A stretch of DNA of 64,000 nt from an uncultured Solibacteraceae bacterium (lineage in GTDB: Bacteria; Acidobacteriota; Terriglobia; Bryobacterales; Bryobacteraceae): positions 35,567-99,566 of the forward strand of contig CAYYID010000007.1 of NCBI GenBank assembly GCA_964471915.1, read 5' to 3'. Below are positions 20,195-31,438 of this stretch, piece by piece; positions within the stretch are counted from its first letter, which is position 1, and every line of letters begins with the position of its first letter. Under the pieces are notes generated by a model. The model saw nothing but the letters and a program-made list of their open reading frames with translations. It made no database searches and was not told the origin of the DNA. The translations under genes were made by a program, and so were the position numbers.

Positions 20195-21867
20195 ACCTTG
20201 GCCGCCGGGATCCACAGCGTGAACTCCGAACCTTGTCCCACTTCGGTCTGAACCTCTACCTTTCCGCCGTGGGCTTCCGCGATCTTGCGCACCAGGCTCA
20301 GGCCCAATCCCGCGCCGTGCACCTGGGACGACGCCGCGCTGCGCCCGCGGTAAAACGGATCGAACAGCCGCGGCAGGTCCGTCGAATCGATGCCGCGCCC
20401 GCGATCGGCCACGCGAATCGCCACGGAGCCGTTCTCGGCGGACGCCGTAACCCCCACCCAACCGCCGTCCTTGCCATACCGGAGCGCGTTGCTGATCAGG
20501 TTCCGCACCGCCTGGGTCAACGCGGTGGCATCCGCCAGCACGGGCGGCAGCCGGGGATCCAGCTTGCGCTCCACGCGGATGGCTCCCTTCTCCGGCGCGC
20601 AGGCCTCCAGCGCGCGATCCACGATCTCCTCCACGCCGACCAATTGCGGATCGATTTCCAGCCGCCCGGACTGGGCGCGCGAGAACGAGAGCGTCTGCTC
20701 CACCATGTCCTGGAGCTGCCGGCCATGATCCCGGATCACGGTGCCGTAACGCCGCACCTGCTCCGGCTTGTCCACTACGCCGTCGGCGAGGTTCTCGGCC
20801 GCCGAAGAGATCACGGAGAGCGGCGTCTTCAGTTCATGACTCACGCCGGCGACGAATTCCATCTGTAGTCGGGCGAGGCGGCGCGCCCGCCGGGTGGACA
20901 CGATCAGCACCGCCATGGCGACGCCCGTGAGCAGCAGCATTCCTCCACCCAGCAACTGGTTCCGCTGGTGAACCGCATCCACCGCCGCGTCCAGCGATCC
21001 GAGCCGGTGCTTGGCCTCGACCAGCCACGCGCCGGGGGCGGGGCCTTCGGGACGTTCCGGCCCGGCGCGGCGCCGCCAGGGCGGGCCGCCATCGGGCGGG
21101 TGGAACACCGCCATCGACGCATCCGGCTTGTCGAACCGCGCCGCGGAACCGGGATCCTTCTCCCACAGGATCCTTCCCGGCTCCCGCCGGTCAATCACCC
21201 GGATCTGGTAGTCGCCACCGGCAAAATGCCGCGCCGCCACCTCTCCGAGCATCGCCGATTCCACGACTCGCCGGTCCAGCTTGATCAGCAGAAACCCGGC
21301 CGGGCGCGGGCCACCGGGACCTCCCGGACCGGGTCCGCCCGGGCCGCGCCGGAACTCGAACGGGCCCTCGCCGGGACCCATCCGGCGCAGGCGTGCGATC
21401 CGCGGAAACACTAGCAAAGAATAGTCTTCCGCCTCTCCAGGCGGGCCGGTCGTCAATCGTTCACGGAACACCTCCAACTCCGGCGGCCAGCCCACTGGCT
21501 CGAACTTCCCCGCCGCCGTATTCAGCCTCCGGACCCACGGCTCCCGGTCCGGTTCCAACGAAACCGCGTACAGGGACTCGACATACTTCTGGGATGGTGC
21601 TTCCCGGGACCATTCGAGAAACCGCGCCGCGACCGCGTCGTCTGTTTCCGCGCCCCGGGCGAACGGAAAGGACCCCGTGAGCCGCCCGAACTCGGCGTTC
21701 AGATCCTCGCGGAAACGCTGCAGCGTAGCGTTCAGTTGGGTTTGCCGCCGCTCGCGATCCGCGGTGCGCAGCTCATCGATCCATTGCCGCTGGAACAGAA
21801 ACAGCACGGGCAACAGCACGGACACCAACCCGATCACCGCCCACGCCACCCAGTCCCGGCGTCCCAT
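20191..21867 (-). CDS. sensor histidine kinase
   Basis: N-terminal TM segment, HAMP, HisKA H-box (VSHELKTPL) and HATPase_c G-boxes (GAGLGLSLVRKIAEAHGG). Confidence 0.9.
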   Translation of the reverse strand: MGRRDWVAWAVIGLVSVLLPVLFLFQRQWIDELRTADRERRQTQLNATLQRFREDLNAEFGRLTGSFPFARGAETDDAVAARFLEWSREAPSQKYVESLYAVSLEPDREPWVRRLNTAAGKFEPVGWPPELEVFRERLTTGPPGEAEDYSLLVFPRIARLRRMGPGEGPFEFRRGPGGPGPGGPGGPRPAGFLLIKLDRRVVESAMLGEVAARHFAGGDYQIRVIDRREPGRILWEKDPGSAARFDKPDASMAVFHPPDGGPPWRRRAGPERPEGPAPGAWLVEAKHRLGSLDAAVDAVHQRNQLLGGGMLLLTGVAMAVLIVSTRRARRLARLQMEFVAGVSHELKTPLSVISSAAENLADGVVDKPEQVRRYGTVIRDHGRQLQDMVEQTLSFSRAQSGRLEIDPQLVGVEEIVDRALEACAPEKGAIRVERKLDPRLPPVLADATALTQAVRNLISNALRYGKDGGWVGVTASAENGSVAIRVADRGRGIDSTDLPRLFDPFYRGRSAASSQVHGAGLGLSLVRKIAEAHGGKVEVQTEVGQGSEFTLWIPAAKV

Positions 21868-22036
21868 GCACCCGATTATACGGGCCCCGCCAAGTGCTCC
21901 AGGCTAAATCCATGTTAAGAATGTAAACCCGCATTTATCAAACACTTAACTACCATCCAGGGCCTTCCTGCGTTGATACTGGCAGTGGGACGGGACGCGC
22001 CCCACGCAATTTGTAACCGAGGAAGGACGACACATT

Positions 22037-22591
22037 ATGAAAACGAGTATGCTTCTGCTGGCCGCGGCGGCGGCCGCGTTCGCGCAGCCTCCGGCCGGCT
22101 CCATGCCCCGCACTCCGGACGTCAGTTCCCTGAAGACCTACCTGTCGCTGACGGACGCCCAAGTCAACACGCTGCAGCAGGCGCGGCAGAGCGAGATGAC
22201 GGCGCTCCGCTCCGTGTTCGAGGAGATCCAGACCAAGGAGACCGCGCTCCGCAACCTGCTCAACACCAACACTACGGACGCGGCCGCGGTCGGCCGCCTG
22301 GTGCTGGAGATCCAGACCGCGCGCAAAAAGGTCGAGTCCACGCAGGCGACCTACCGGACCCAGGCGGTCAATACCCTGACCGCCGACCAAAAGACGAAGC
22401 TCACGGCGCTCGATACCGCGATGAAACTGCGTGACGAGATCCAGCAGGCCGTGATGCTGAACCTGTTGCAGCCCGAAGAGGGACCGGGCGGACCCGGGTT
22501 CGGCGGTCCCGGTTTCGGCCCGGGCGGTCCGGGAGGGCGGGGCTTCGGCCCTCCCCCCGGTGGGATGATGATGCGCAATCCGCGCCAATAG
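22037..22591 (+). CDS. Spy/CpxP-like periplasmic protein (LTXXQ motifs) with Gly/Pro-rich tail
   Basis: Signal peptide. Two LTxxQ motifs (LSLTDAQVNTLQQ; LTADQKTKLTALD). Divergent from the two-component operon. Confidence 0.75.
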   Translation: MKTSMLLLAAAAAAFAQPPAGSMPRTPDVSSLKTYLSLTDAQVNTLQQARQSEMTALRSVFEEIQTKETALRNLLNTNTTDAAAVGRLVLEIQTARKKVESTQATYRTQAVNTLTADQKTKLTALDTAMKLRDEIQQAVMLNLLQPEEGPGGPGFGGPGFGPGGPGGRGFGPPPGGMMMRNPRQ

Positions 22592-22808
22592 GCGCTCCGG
22601 CACAATCCAGGTTGGCTACCCGGCGGGAGGGAGCGGACGCTCCACTCCCGCCGTTGGTTTGGAGGCACCTGAGTTCGAAGCGATCCTTGCTGCGTCTTGG
22701 TCCCATCCGGCCGCAGGGTATTCCGCGCCGGAGAGCCGGAGACACGTCGCATGAGCTGCCGGCTATTCGGATGTAGACGGCTGAAGCAAGCAAGCGAGCG
22801 TTCACAAG

Positions 22809-23285
22809 TCAGCGCCGCTTGACGAGAAGCGAGACGAGGAACCGCTGGGCGATCTCGGCCTCCCGGATCGTCCTCCAACCCGCCAGCGCCTCTTCCGCCC
22901 GCTTGATTTGCGCGAGCGCCTCGCTGCGGGTCCAGCGCTTGGAGCTGTCGTAATCCGCGATATGGCGTTGTTCCTGAAGTTGTACGAACGCCTCCGCAAC
23001 AACCCGGAGAATACGCATGGCAGCAGGATCTCCGGTGCCGAACCGGCGGCCCCTGTCGAGCAACTGGTTACAGGCGGCTTTCATGGTCGAGTGATCGAAG
23101 GCGCGGCCAAGAATCGGGCGCAATTGCGCGTGCCTCCAATTCCGCACAGCCTCGTCAATCAACATGTGGAACAGGCCGTAATATGCGGCCGAGACGGCGC
23201 GCCGCAGACTGGCTTGTCGCGGACGGTTTCGTTCGCTGCGGGCCAATTGCAGCGCCTGCCTCAACAGGTCGTCGTGGTAAGCCAC
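22809..23285 (-). CDS. hypothetical protein (158 aa), possible HEPN-like alpha-helical domain
   Basis: Coding-like GC3; GTG start 12 nt after the upstream small gene. Conserved-looking SAAYYGLFHML near the N-terminus and QRHIADYD near the C-terminus. No confident family assignment. Confidence 0.45.
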   Translation of the reverse strand: MAYHDDLLRQALQLARSERNRPRQASLRRAVSAAYYGLFHMLIDEAVRNWRHAQLRPILGRAFDHSTMKAACNQLLDRGRRFGTGDPAAMRILRVVAEAFVQLQEQRHIADYDSSKRWTRSEALAQIKRAEEALAGWRTIREAEIAQRFLVSLLVKRR

Positions 23286-23297
23286 GTGCGGCTCTCT

Positions 23298-23618
23298 CTA
23301 GGCCCAGTCCGGGTCGGAGCACTCGGTTTGCTCGGACTTGCTCCGGAAACTGAAGTAGGGAATCAGTCCCCAATCCTCGCGTGGGCGCAGTTCCTCGATC
23401 AACGCGTCGGAGATCCGGTTGACCGACGCAGCCAGACGGTCTTCGCGGCTCGCCGCGTCCGTGAGAACGATACGGAAGTAGACCGCGGGCTCCCCGGTCG
23501 AATCGGTTCCGAAGCTGTGCCGCACCCGGATCGCATCCTTGCCCAGCTTACGGACGGCCTTCGCGACGGCGGCATCCAACCGCGTCTGATGGACGAAACC
23601 AGCGGGAACGGTTGGCAT
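23298..23618 (-). CDS. hypothetical protein (about 106 aa), upstream partner of 22809..23285
   Basis: The internal ATG at 23618 is preferred because the ORF-track start at 23693 would overlap the divergent CocE start codon. Charged; no TM segment. Confidence 0.4.
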   Translation of the reverse strand: MPTVPAGFVHQTRLDAAVAKAVRKLGKDAIRVRHSFGTDSTGEPAVYFRIVLTDAASREDRLAASVNRISDALIEELRPREDWGLIPYFSFRSKSEQTECSDPDWA

Positions 23619-23691
23619 AACACCAGTATCGCTCGCGGCGGAGTCCACCGCACACGGGGCCCTCCCACCGTGCTTCAATAGCATCCAAGCC

Positions 23692-25628
<1,937 letters not shown>

Positions 25629-25632
<4 letters not shown>

Positions 25633-27203
25633 GCGGTAACGGCCCGGCCGTCGTAAACGGGGTCCGCCGCGCCATCCAGGACGCCGGTGCGCGGGTCGAA
25701 TTCCACCGCGTGCACGATCCCGAGATGGCGGGCGATTCCCTCCGCGACTTCCACGGCAAATCCGAGCGCCTGCAAGTGGCGGTCCGCGCCGCGCAGCTCC
25801 TCGTGCAGCCGGACTCGCGTTCTCTCGCAGAACACCCGCGGGGCCCGGACGCTCCTTTCGAGCGGCCAGCCCCGCCCGAGCCGGTTCACCAGCACCTGCA
25901 TCACGGAGGGCGGGATCCGCTCGCTGCCGGCCGCCCCCAGGGACAGTACCTGTCCGCCATCCCGCAACGCGATACAAGGGCTCATCTCGGTGAGATCGCG
26001 CGCGCCGGGCTTGGCTGTGCCGCCCGCCATCTGATAGCTGTGCGCGTAGAAGAACCCGAGTTCCGGGTGCGCCACTCCGGCGCCGAAGCGCGGTCCGATC
26101 GAGGTAGTGAGGGCGACCGCGTTCCCTTCGCGGTCGATCGTGGAGAGGTGCGTCGTGTCGTGGCCGTCATCCGGTGCGGGTCCCGCCTCTCGACGCACCG
26201 GCCGGCCCAGCGCCGCCCGGATCCGCTCCGCCCTTTCCCGGGCGAGTTCCGCCGCTGGCAACTGCTCGAGCGGGACGCCCCCGGCCTTCGGGGCCAACGT
26301 CCGCAGGAACTGCGGCCGGTCCTCCATCGCTTGCGCGATGATCCGCGTCAACAGTTCCACCTCGTGCGGATCGGGACCGCCGGGCGCGAACTCGAAGTGC
26401 GACGCGATGTTCAGCAGTTCGGCCAAGGTGTTCCCCCAGGCGTGCCGCCCCAGGCTGATCACCGTGGCGTCGCGGAACCGGCCGCGCACCAGCAACCCCT
26501 CCCCCGGACGGTATGCCGCCAGATCCGCCGCCCGAACGAACCCGGCCGCGAGGTCGCCCGCCAGCGCCGCTCCCGCTTCCGCGCCGTAAAATGCCCGGGT
26601 GCCTCCGCGCGCCAACCGCCGCAGCGTCTCGGCCAACGCCGGCTGGCGAAGCGTCTCCCCCGCCGCGTACGGCGCGCCATCGGACCGCAGAAAATGCCGC
26701 CGCGCGCCGGGATCGCTGGCCAGCTTCGCGCGCTCCGCGGCGAAGATCTCCGCCAGCCGCGGCGTAACGGCAAATCCCCCCTCCGCCAGGCGGATCGCCG
26801 GTTCCAAGGCGCGGCTCAGCGGCAGCCGCCCGTACGCTCCCAGCAGCCGCGCGAGTGCCGCGGGATTGCCCGGCACCGGCGCCACGCCGCGGCCGCTCTG
26901 CTTGGCCGCCCGGTATCCCGCCGGCACCCGGGTCGCGCCGTCAATTCCGAACAGCCGGCCACCCGCGCGCCGGATCACGATCTGGCAGCGCCCCGCCAGG
27001 CTGGTCATCGGAGGATCCGTCACGGCGAGCGCGAACGCGGCGGCTGCCGCGGCATCCATCGCGTTGCCGCCCGCCGCCAGCAGCTCCGCGCCCGCCTCTG
27101 CCGCCGCCGGGGTGCTTGCTGCCGTCATGCCGCCCCGCACGCGCGCCACCGCCAGAGAGGAGGCGCCCAGGGTCAGCAGCGATCGCCGGCTGAGCAGTGA
27201 CAT
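25629..27203 (-). CDS. ggt: gamma-glutamyltransferase
   Basis: [22 protein letters not shown] nucleophile-Thr motif. Tat-like [10 protein letters not shown] signal; start taken at the ATG at 27203 ([10 protein letters not shown]). Confidence 0.85.
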
Positions 27204-27368
27204 GCGGGGACGAGTGTATCGCCCGTGAGTCGTCTGCCGCAATCGGCGCGCCTGGCGCCGCGCGGATCGATCGCCCACGGAGCAAACTGCCCGGCCGGGC
27301 CTCTGCTAACTTGGAGAATCCATGATCGCGAGCGCAATCCGGCTTTATTCCGTAAGGCAGAACGCTGA

Positions 27369-28359
27369 ATGAACGCCGCGCTCTTTCTGGGCGGGCTTGC
27401 GCTGCTGCTCACCTCCGCAAAGTATTTCGTGGATGGCATCGCACGCCTGGCGGGCGCGCTCGGCGTTCCGCCTCTGGTGATCGGCATGACCGTGGTCGCC
27501 TTCGGAACCTCGACGCCCGAACTCGTTGTGAACGGAATATCCGCGTCGCGCGGCGAGACGGCGCTGGCCTTCGGCAACATCGTTGGCTCCTGCATCGTGA
27601 ACGTGGGCTTCGTCCTGGCGGTGACCGCGCTGGTCCGTCCGCTCAAGGTGGAACCGTCCCTGATCACCCGCGAGCTCCCCATGCTGCTGCTCGCGGTGGC
27701 GGCCTTCCTCGCGCTGGGCTCCGACCGGTTTCTGGACCGCGCGCCCGCCGACTTGCTGGCCCGGGCCGACGGAATCATCCTGCTGCTGCTGTTCGCACTG
27801 TTCCTGTACTACACGGCCATCTACACGGTGGCGAAACGCCTCGCCGGCGGCGCGGAGGACGCCTTTGTGGCCGAGGTGCGCGCGGAACTGCCGCCGCGGC
27901 GCCGCGATCCGGGCCTTGCGAAGGACGTGGCGGTGACCCTGGCCGGGCTCGCGGGCGTGTCTCTCGGCGCGAGCTGGACCGTCGATGGCGCCACGGGGCT
28001 CGCGCGGCTGTTCGTGCCTCGCGGAGAATGTCATCGGCCTCACCATTGTTTCGGCCGGCACCACCCTCCCGGAACTCATCACTTGCGTGATGGCGGCGCG
28101 CCGCGGCAACGCGGACATCGCCCTCGGCAATGTCGTCGGCTCCAACATCTTCAACCTCCTGGCGATCGGCGGCACCGTGGCGACCCTCCGTCCCGTCCCG
28201 GTTCCCGCAGGAGGGGAGCGGGACCTGTTGTTCATGGCGCTGCTCACCGCTATCTTGCTGCCGGTGGCTATCCGCAGCAGCCGGACCGTAACCCGCGGGG
28301 AAGGAGCCTTCCTGCTCGCGCTGTACGCGGCGTATCTGTCGTTCCGGCTCGCTGGTTGA
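27369..28359 (+). pseudogene. CaCA-family Na+/Ca2+ antiporter (YrbG-like), interrupted by a +1 frameshift near 28015-28022
   Basis: The first alpha-repeat (GTSTPELVV) sits in frame 0 (ORF 27369..28400) and the second (GLTIVSAGTTLPELIT) in frame +1 (ORF 27985..28359). The expected junction ...LARLF(G)VSENVIGLT is broken at ctgttcgtgcctcgcggagaatgtc. Confidence 0.7.
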
Positions 28360-28407
28360 GCGGGACAGCCCTTCCGGCCCTGAGCCGGGTGAAGGGCTGA
28401 GGAATCG

Positions 28408-28884
28408 CTACAGCCGCCGGACCCCTTGCGCCGGCACCTCGCGCAGCAGCTCCCGCACCGTCTTCTTGTGTACGGGATGCCAGAGGTGGGGCGCGATTTC
28501 GGCCAGCGGCTCCAGTACGAACCGCCGCTCCGCGATCCGGGGATGCGGCAGCTCAAGCACGGCGGTCTGCATCACCTTGGCCTCGTAGAACAGCAGATCG
28601 AGGTCGATCACCCGGGGTCCTTTGGGCGTCAGCCTCCGGCGTCCCATCGCCCGCTCGATGCCCTGCAGGCGCTTCAGCAGTTGGATCGGGAACGCTTCGG
28701 TTTCGGCCTCCAGCACCTGATTGAGGAAGGCGGGCTGATCCCGCACATCCCGCGGCTCCGTCTCGTAGACGGACGAAGCCTGCCGCACCAGCACGCCGGC
28801 GTCCGGCAACTGCCGCAGCGCCTCCGCGAGGTTCGCGGCCCGGTCGCCGAGGTTCGTGCCGAGCGCGAGGTAGATGGTTTTCAT
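28408..28884 (-). CDS. folK: 2-amino-4-hydroxy-6-hydroxymethyldihydropteridine diphosphokinase
   Basis: MKTIYLALGTNLGDR ... IDLDLLFY HPPK motifs. The ATG at 28884 is preferred over the track start at 28905. Confidence 0.85.
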   Translation of the reverse strand: MKTIYLALGTNLGDRAANLAEALRQLPDAGVLVRQASSVYETEPRDVRDQPAFLNQVLEAETEAFPIQLLKRLQGIERAMGRRRLTPKGPRVIDLDLLFYEAKVMQTAVLELPHPRIAERRFVLEPLAEIAPHLWHPVHKKTVRELLREVPAQGVRRL

Positions 28885-28940
28885 GTGGGGATGCGCTACT
28901 GCCATTGTAAGCGCGAGGTTTTGCTGCCAGCGCCGGCTTT

Positions 28941-29966
28941 TTAGAACAGCGTGTTCTGCGTGCTGCGCGGCCGCCGCGCGATACCGAAGTAGTCGAAGGC
29001 CCGCTCCGTCGCCACCCGGCCCCGCGGCGTCCGGTCCAGGAACCCGAGCTGCATGAGGTACGGCTCGTAGACTTCCTCGATGGTGTCCGGCTCCTCGTCG
29101 ATCGACGCGGCGATGGTGTTCACCCCCACCGGACCCCCGCTGTACTTGTCGAGGATGGTGAGCATGATCTTCTGGTCGATCTCGTCGAGCCCGTAGCGGT
29201 CGACTTCGAGCAGATCCAGCGCCTGCTTCGCCACCCCCAGATCCACGTTGCCGGCGGCGCGCACCTGCGCGTAATCCCGCACCCGCCGCAGCAGGCGGTT
29301 GGCGATCCGCGGGGTCCCGCGCGCCCGCCGCGCGATTTCCTCCGCGCCCGGCGTGTCGATCGCAAGCTCCAGCAGCGACGCCGAGCGCAGCACGATCCGC
29401 GTCAGCTCGGGAACATCGTAATGATTCAGCCGCAGCACCAGCCCGAAGCGCCCGCGCAACGGCGCGCTGATCAGGCCCTGCCGCGTGGTCGCCCCGATTG
29501 CCGTGAACCGCTTCAGGTCCATCGGCACCGTCCGCGCCCCGGGACCCGTCCCGATCAGGATGTCCATGCGGAAGTCCTCGAGCGCCGAATAGATCATCTC
29601 CTCGACGTCCGGCAGCAGCCGGTGGATCTCGTCGATGAAGAAGACCTCGCGCTCGTGCAGGTTCGAGAGGATCCCGACCAGATCCAGCTTCTTTTGCAGC
29701 ACCGGACCCGAGGTTTGCTGGTAGCCGACGCCGAGCTCCTGGGCGATGATGTTGGCAAGCGTGGTTTTGCCGAGTCCCGGGGGTCCGTAGAGCAGGACGT
29801 GGTCCATGGCCTCGCCGCGCAGGCGCGCGGCCTCGATGGCGATGGCGAGGTTCTCCTTGACCTTGAGCTGGCCCGCGAAGTCGGCCAGCTTGCCGGGCCG
29901 GAGGGCGGCTTCGAACTGGCGTTCCTCGTCGCGCGGCTGCGCGGAGACGATGCCGGAATCGCGCAT
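28941..29966 (-). CDS. ruvB: Holliday junction branch migration helicase RuvB
   Basis: LLYGPPGLGKTTLA Walker A, sensor motifs and a winged-helix C-terminus; full-length RuvB-like. Confidence 0.95.
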   Translation of the reverse strand: MRDSGIVSAQPRDEERQFEAALRPGKLADFAGQLKVKENLAIAIEAARLRGEAMDHVLLYGPPGLGKTTLANIIAQELGVGYQQTSGPVLQKKLDLVGILSNLHEREVFFIDEIHRLLPDVEEMIYSALEDFRMDILIGTGPGARTVPMDLKRFTAIGATTRQGLISAPLRGRFGLVLRLNHYDVPELTRIVLRSASLLELAIDTPGAEEIARRARGTPRIANRLLRRVRDYAQVRAAGNVDLGVAKQALDLLEVDRYGLDEIDQKIMLTILDKYSGGPVGVNTIAASIDEEPDTIEEVYEPYLMQLGFLDRTPRGRVATERAFDYFGIARRPRSTQNTLF

Positions 29967-29991
29967 GAAGCTCTAGTTTGGCATAGCGCGG

Positions 29992-30417
29992 TCAGGCCGA
30001 GAAATTGATCGCGGCGTGCGGGGCGCCGGCGCCGACCGCCTCGGCCGGCTCCGCCGCCAGTTGCTGCCACGCTTCGGCGAGGGTGCTCAGCAGTTTTTCG
30101 GCTTCGGCCAGGGGCGCGTCCGCTTGCTCGACTTGGGCGCGGGCGAGCAGTTCGAGGACGTAGGCGTAGACGGCCGCGAGGCGCCTGGCGACTTCGCCTT
30201 GAGTGGGATCGAGCGCCGTGGAGAGTTCGCCGACGATCAGCGACGCGCGGGTGATCGCGGCGCCCCGCTCCCGGATCTCGCGGCGCGCGACGTGCCGGCG
30301 GGCGGCCGCAATCGCTTCCACCCCGCCCCGGTACAGCAGGCAGACCAGCTCCACCGGGCTGGCGTTCAGAATGGCGCTGTTCAGATAGTTGTCACGAGCC
30401 GCGTTTGCCGAGTACAC
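29992..30417 (-). CDS. fliS: flagellar export chaperone FliS
   Basis: YSANAARDNYLNSAILNASPVELVCLLY is the typical FliS N-terminal signature; GTG start. Confidence 0.8.
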   Translation of the reverse strand: MYSANAARDNYLNSAILNASPVELVCLLYRGGVEAIAAARRHVARREIRERGAAITRASLIVGELSTALDPTQGEVARRLAAVYAYVLELLARAQVEQADAPLAEAEKLLSTLAEAWQQLAAEPAEAVGAGAPHAAINFSA

Positions 30418-30462
30418 GTTTCGGGCTTCTCCTGCCGTGGTTTCGAGGGTCCCGCCCCCGCT

Positions 30463-30747
30463 TTACTTCTCGGCTGCCCGCCGCAAAACTTCTTCCGCCG
30501 GGATCTGCAGCACCACTTCGCGCGTCAGCCGGTCCACGATCCGCACCAGCGCCCGCCGCGTCTCCCGGTCGAAAACAAACGTCAGCTCGTTGCCCGATCC
30601 GAACAACGCGCCGGCATCCACCTTCTTCACCGCTTGAATCAGCTCCCGCTGCTCCTTCTGCTGCTGGCGAGTGAGGCTCTCCAACGGCGCCGTGGGTCCC
30701 CGCGCCGCCTGTGCCTCTGCTCGCGCCGTCACCGCTGCGATATCCAT
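30463..30747 (-). CDS. flaG: FlaG family flagellar protein
   Basis: C-terminal ...RETRRALVRIVDRLTREVVLQIPAEEVLRRAAE matches the FlaG consensus (vIdketGEvIRQIPpEevL). Confidence 0.7.
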   Translation of the reverse strand: MDIAAVTARAEAQAARGPTAPLESLTRQQQKEQRELIQAVKKVDAGALFGSGNELTFVFDRETRRALVRIVDRLTREVVLQIPAEEVLRRAAEK

Positions 30748-30855
30748 CTCGCTCTTGCAGAAGGATCAACGCCTTCTGCTCCTCCTGGAACTCCTTATCG
30801 GCTCGCCGCGCTGGGTCTTGAGCCGCGCTCCCGCCGTTTTGCTATCGTGATCCCC

Positions 30856-31386
30856 ATGGCCGTCACCCTCGTCAATCCCATGAATGAGGCCGCCCGGGAC
30901 GCCGCCCTCCCCGCCCCGCGCCTGAAATCCCTCGCCGGAACCAAAGTCGCGCTGCTCGATATCTCCAAGCCGGGCGGCGACGTTTTTCTGAACCACCTCG
31001 AGAAACTGCTCCGCGAACGCTACGGCGTCGCGGAGATCCTCCGCGCGCGCAAGCCCACGTTCACCAAACCCGCGCCCGAATCCATCCTTTACGGGCTGGC
31101 CGGCGCGAAGCCCCATGCCGTCATCGAAGGCCTGGCCGATTGAGGCTCCTGCACCACGTGCAGTTTGCACGACACGGCCAAGTTCGAATCGCTCGGCATT
31201 CCCTCCGTACCCGTGGCCACCACGGAGTTCCGCACCGCCGCGCGCGCTCAGGCGAGCCAGCTCGGCCGCCCGGACTTCGACGCCGTCTACGTGGCGCACC
31301 CCATTCAGGACCAGACGCGCGCTGAGATCGAGGCCCGCGCCGAGTCCGCCATCGGCGAAATCGTCAGCCGGCTGCTGGCCGGCTGA
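30856..31386 (+). CDS. UGSC-family selenoprotein; in-frame TGA (Sec) at 31141-31143
   Basis: The ORF track ends at the TGA at 31143 and restarts at 31165 in the same frame. Read-through gives ...EGLAD-U-GSCTTCSLHDTAKFESLGIPS..., i.e. a U-G-S-C motif. ATG at 30856. A hairpin-capable segment (CUGCACCACGUGCAG) begins 6 nt after the UGA. Confidence 0.7.
31147..31170 (+). promoter_or_regulatory. candidate SECIS-like hairpin downstream of the Sec-UGA
   Basis: CUGCAC-CAC-GUGCAG, or alternatively GUGCA-GUU-UGCAC; starts 6 nt after the UGA at 31141. Confidence 0.4.
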
Positions 31387-31438
31387 CGGATCTTCGGTGA
31401 GCCCGCGGGACGGCGGCGTCCCGCGGACCGATTGCGGC

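Noticed and set aside
21868-22036. Canonical CpxR box GTAAA-N5-GTAAA
   Set aside because: Only a single good GTAAA plus a degenerate partner (ATTTA/GTAAC) are present; not enough to call a binding site.
30016-30855. N-terminal 280 codons of ORF 30016..31143
   Set aside because: Antisense to flaG/fliS, non-protein-like composition and no start context. The real selenoprotein gene starts at the ATG at 30856.
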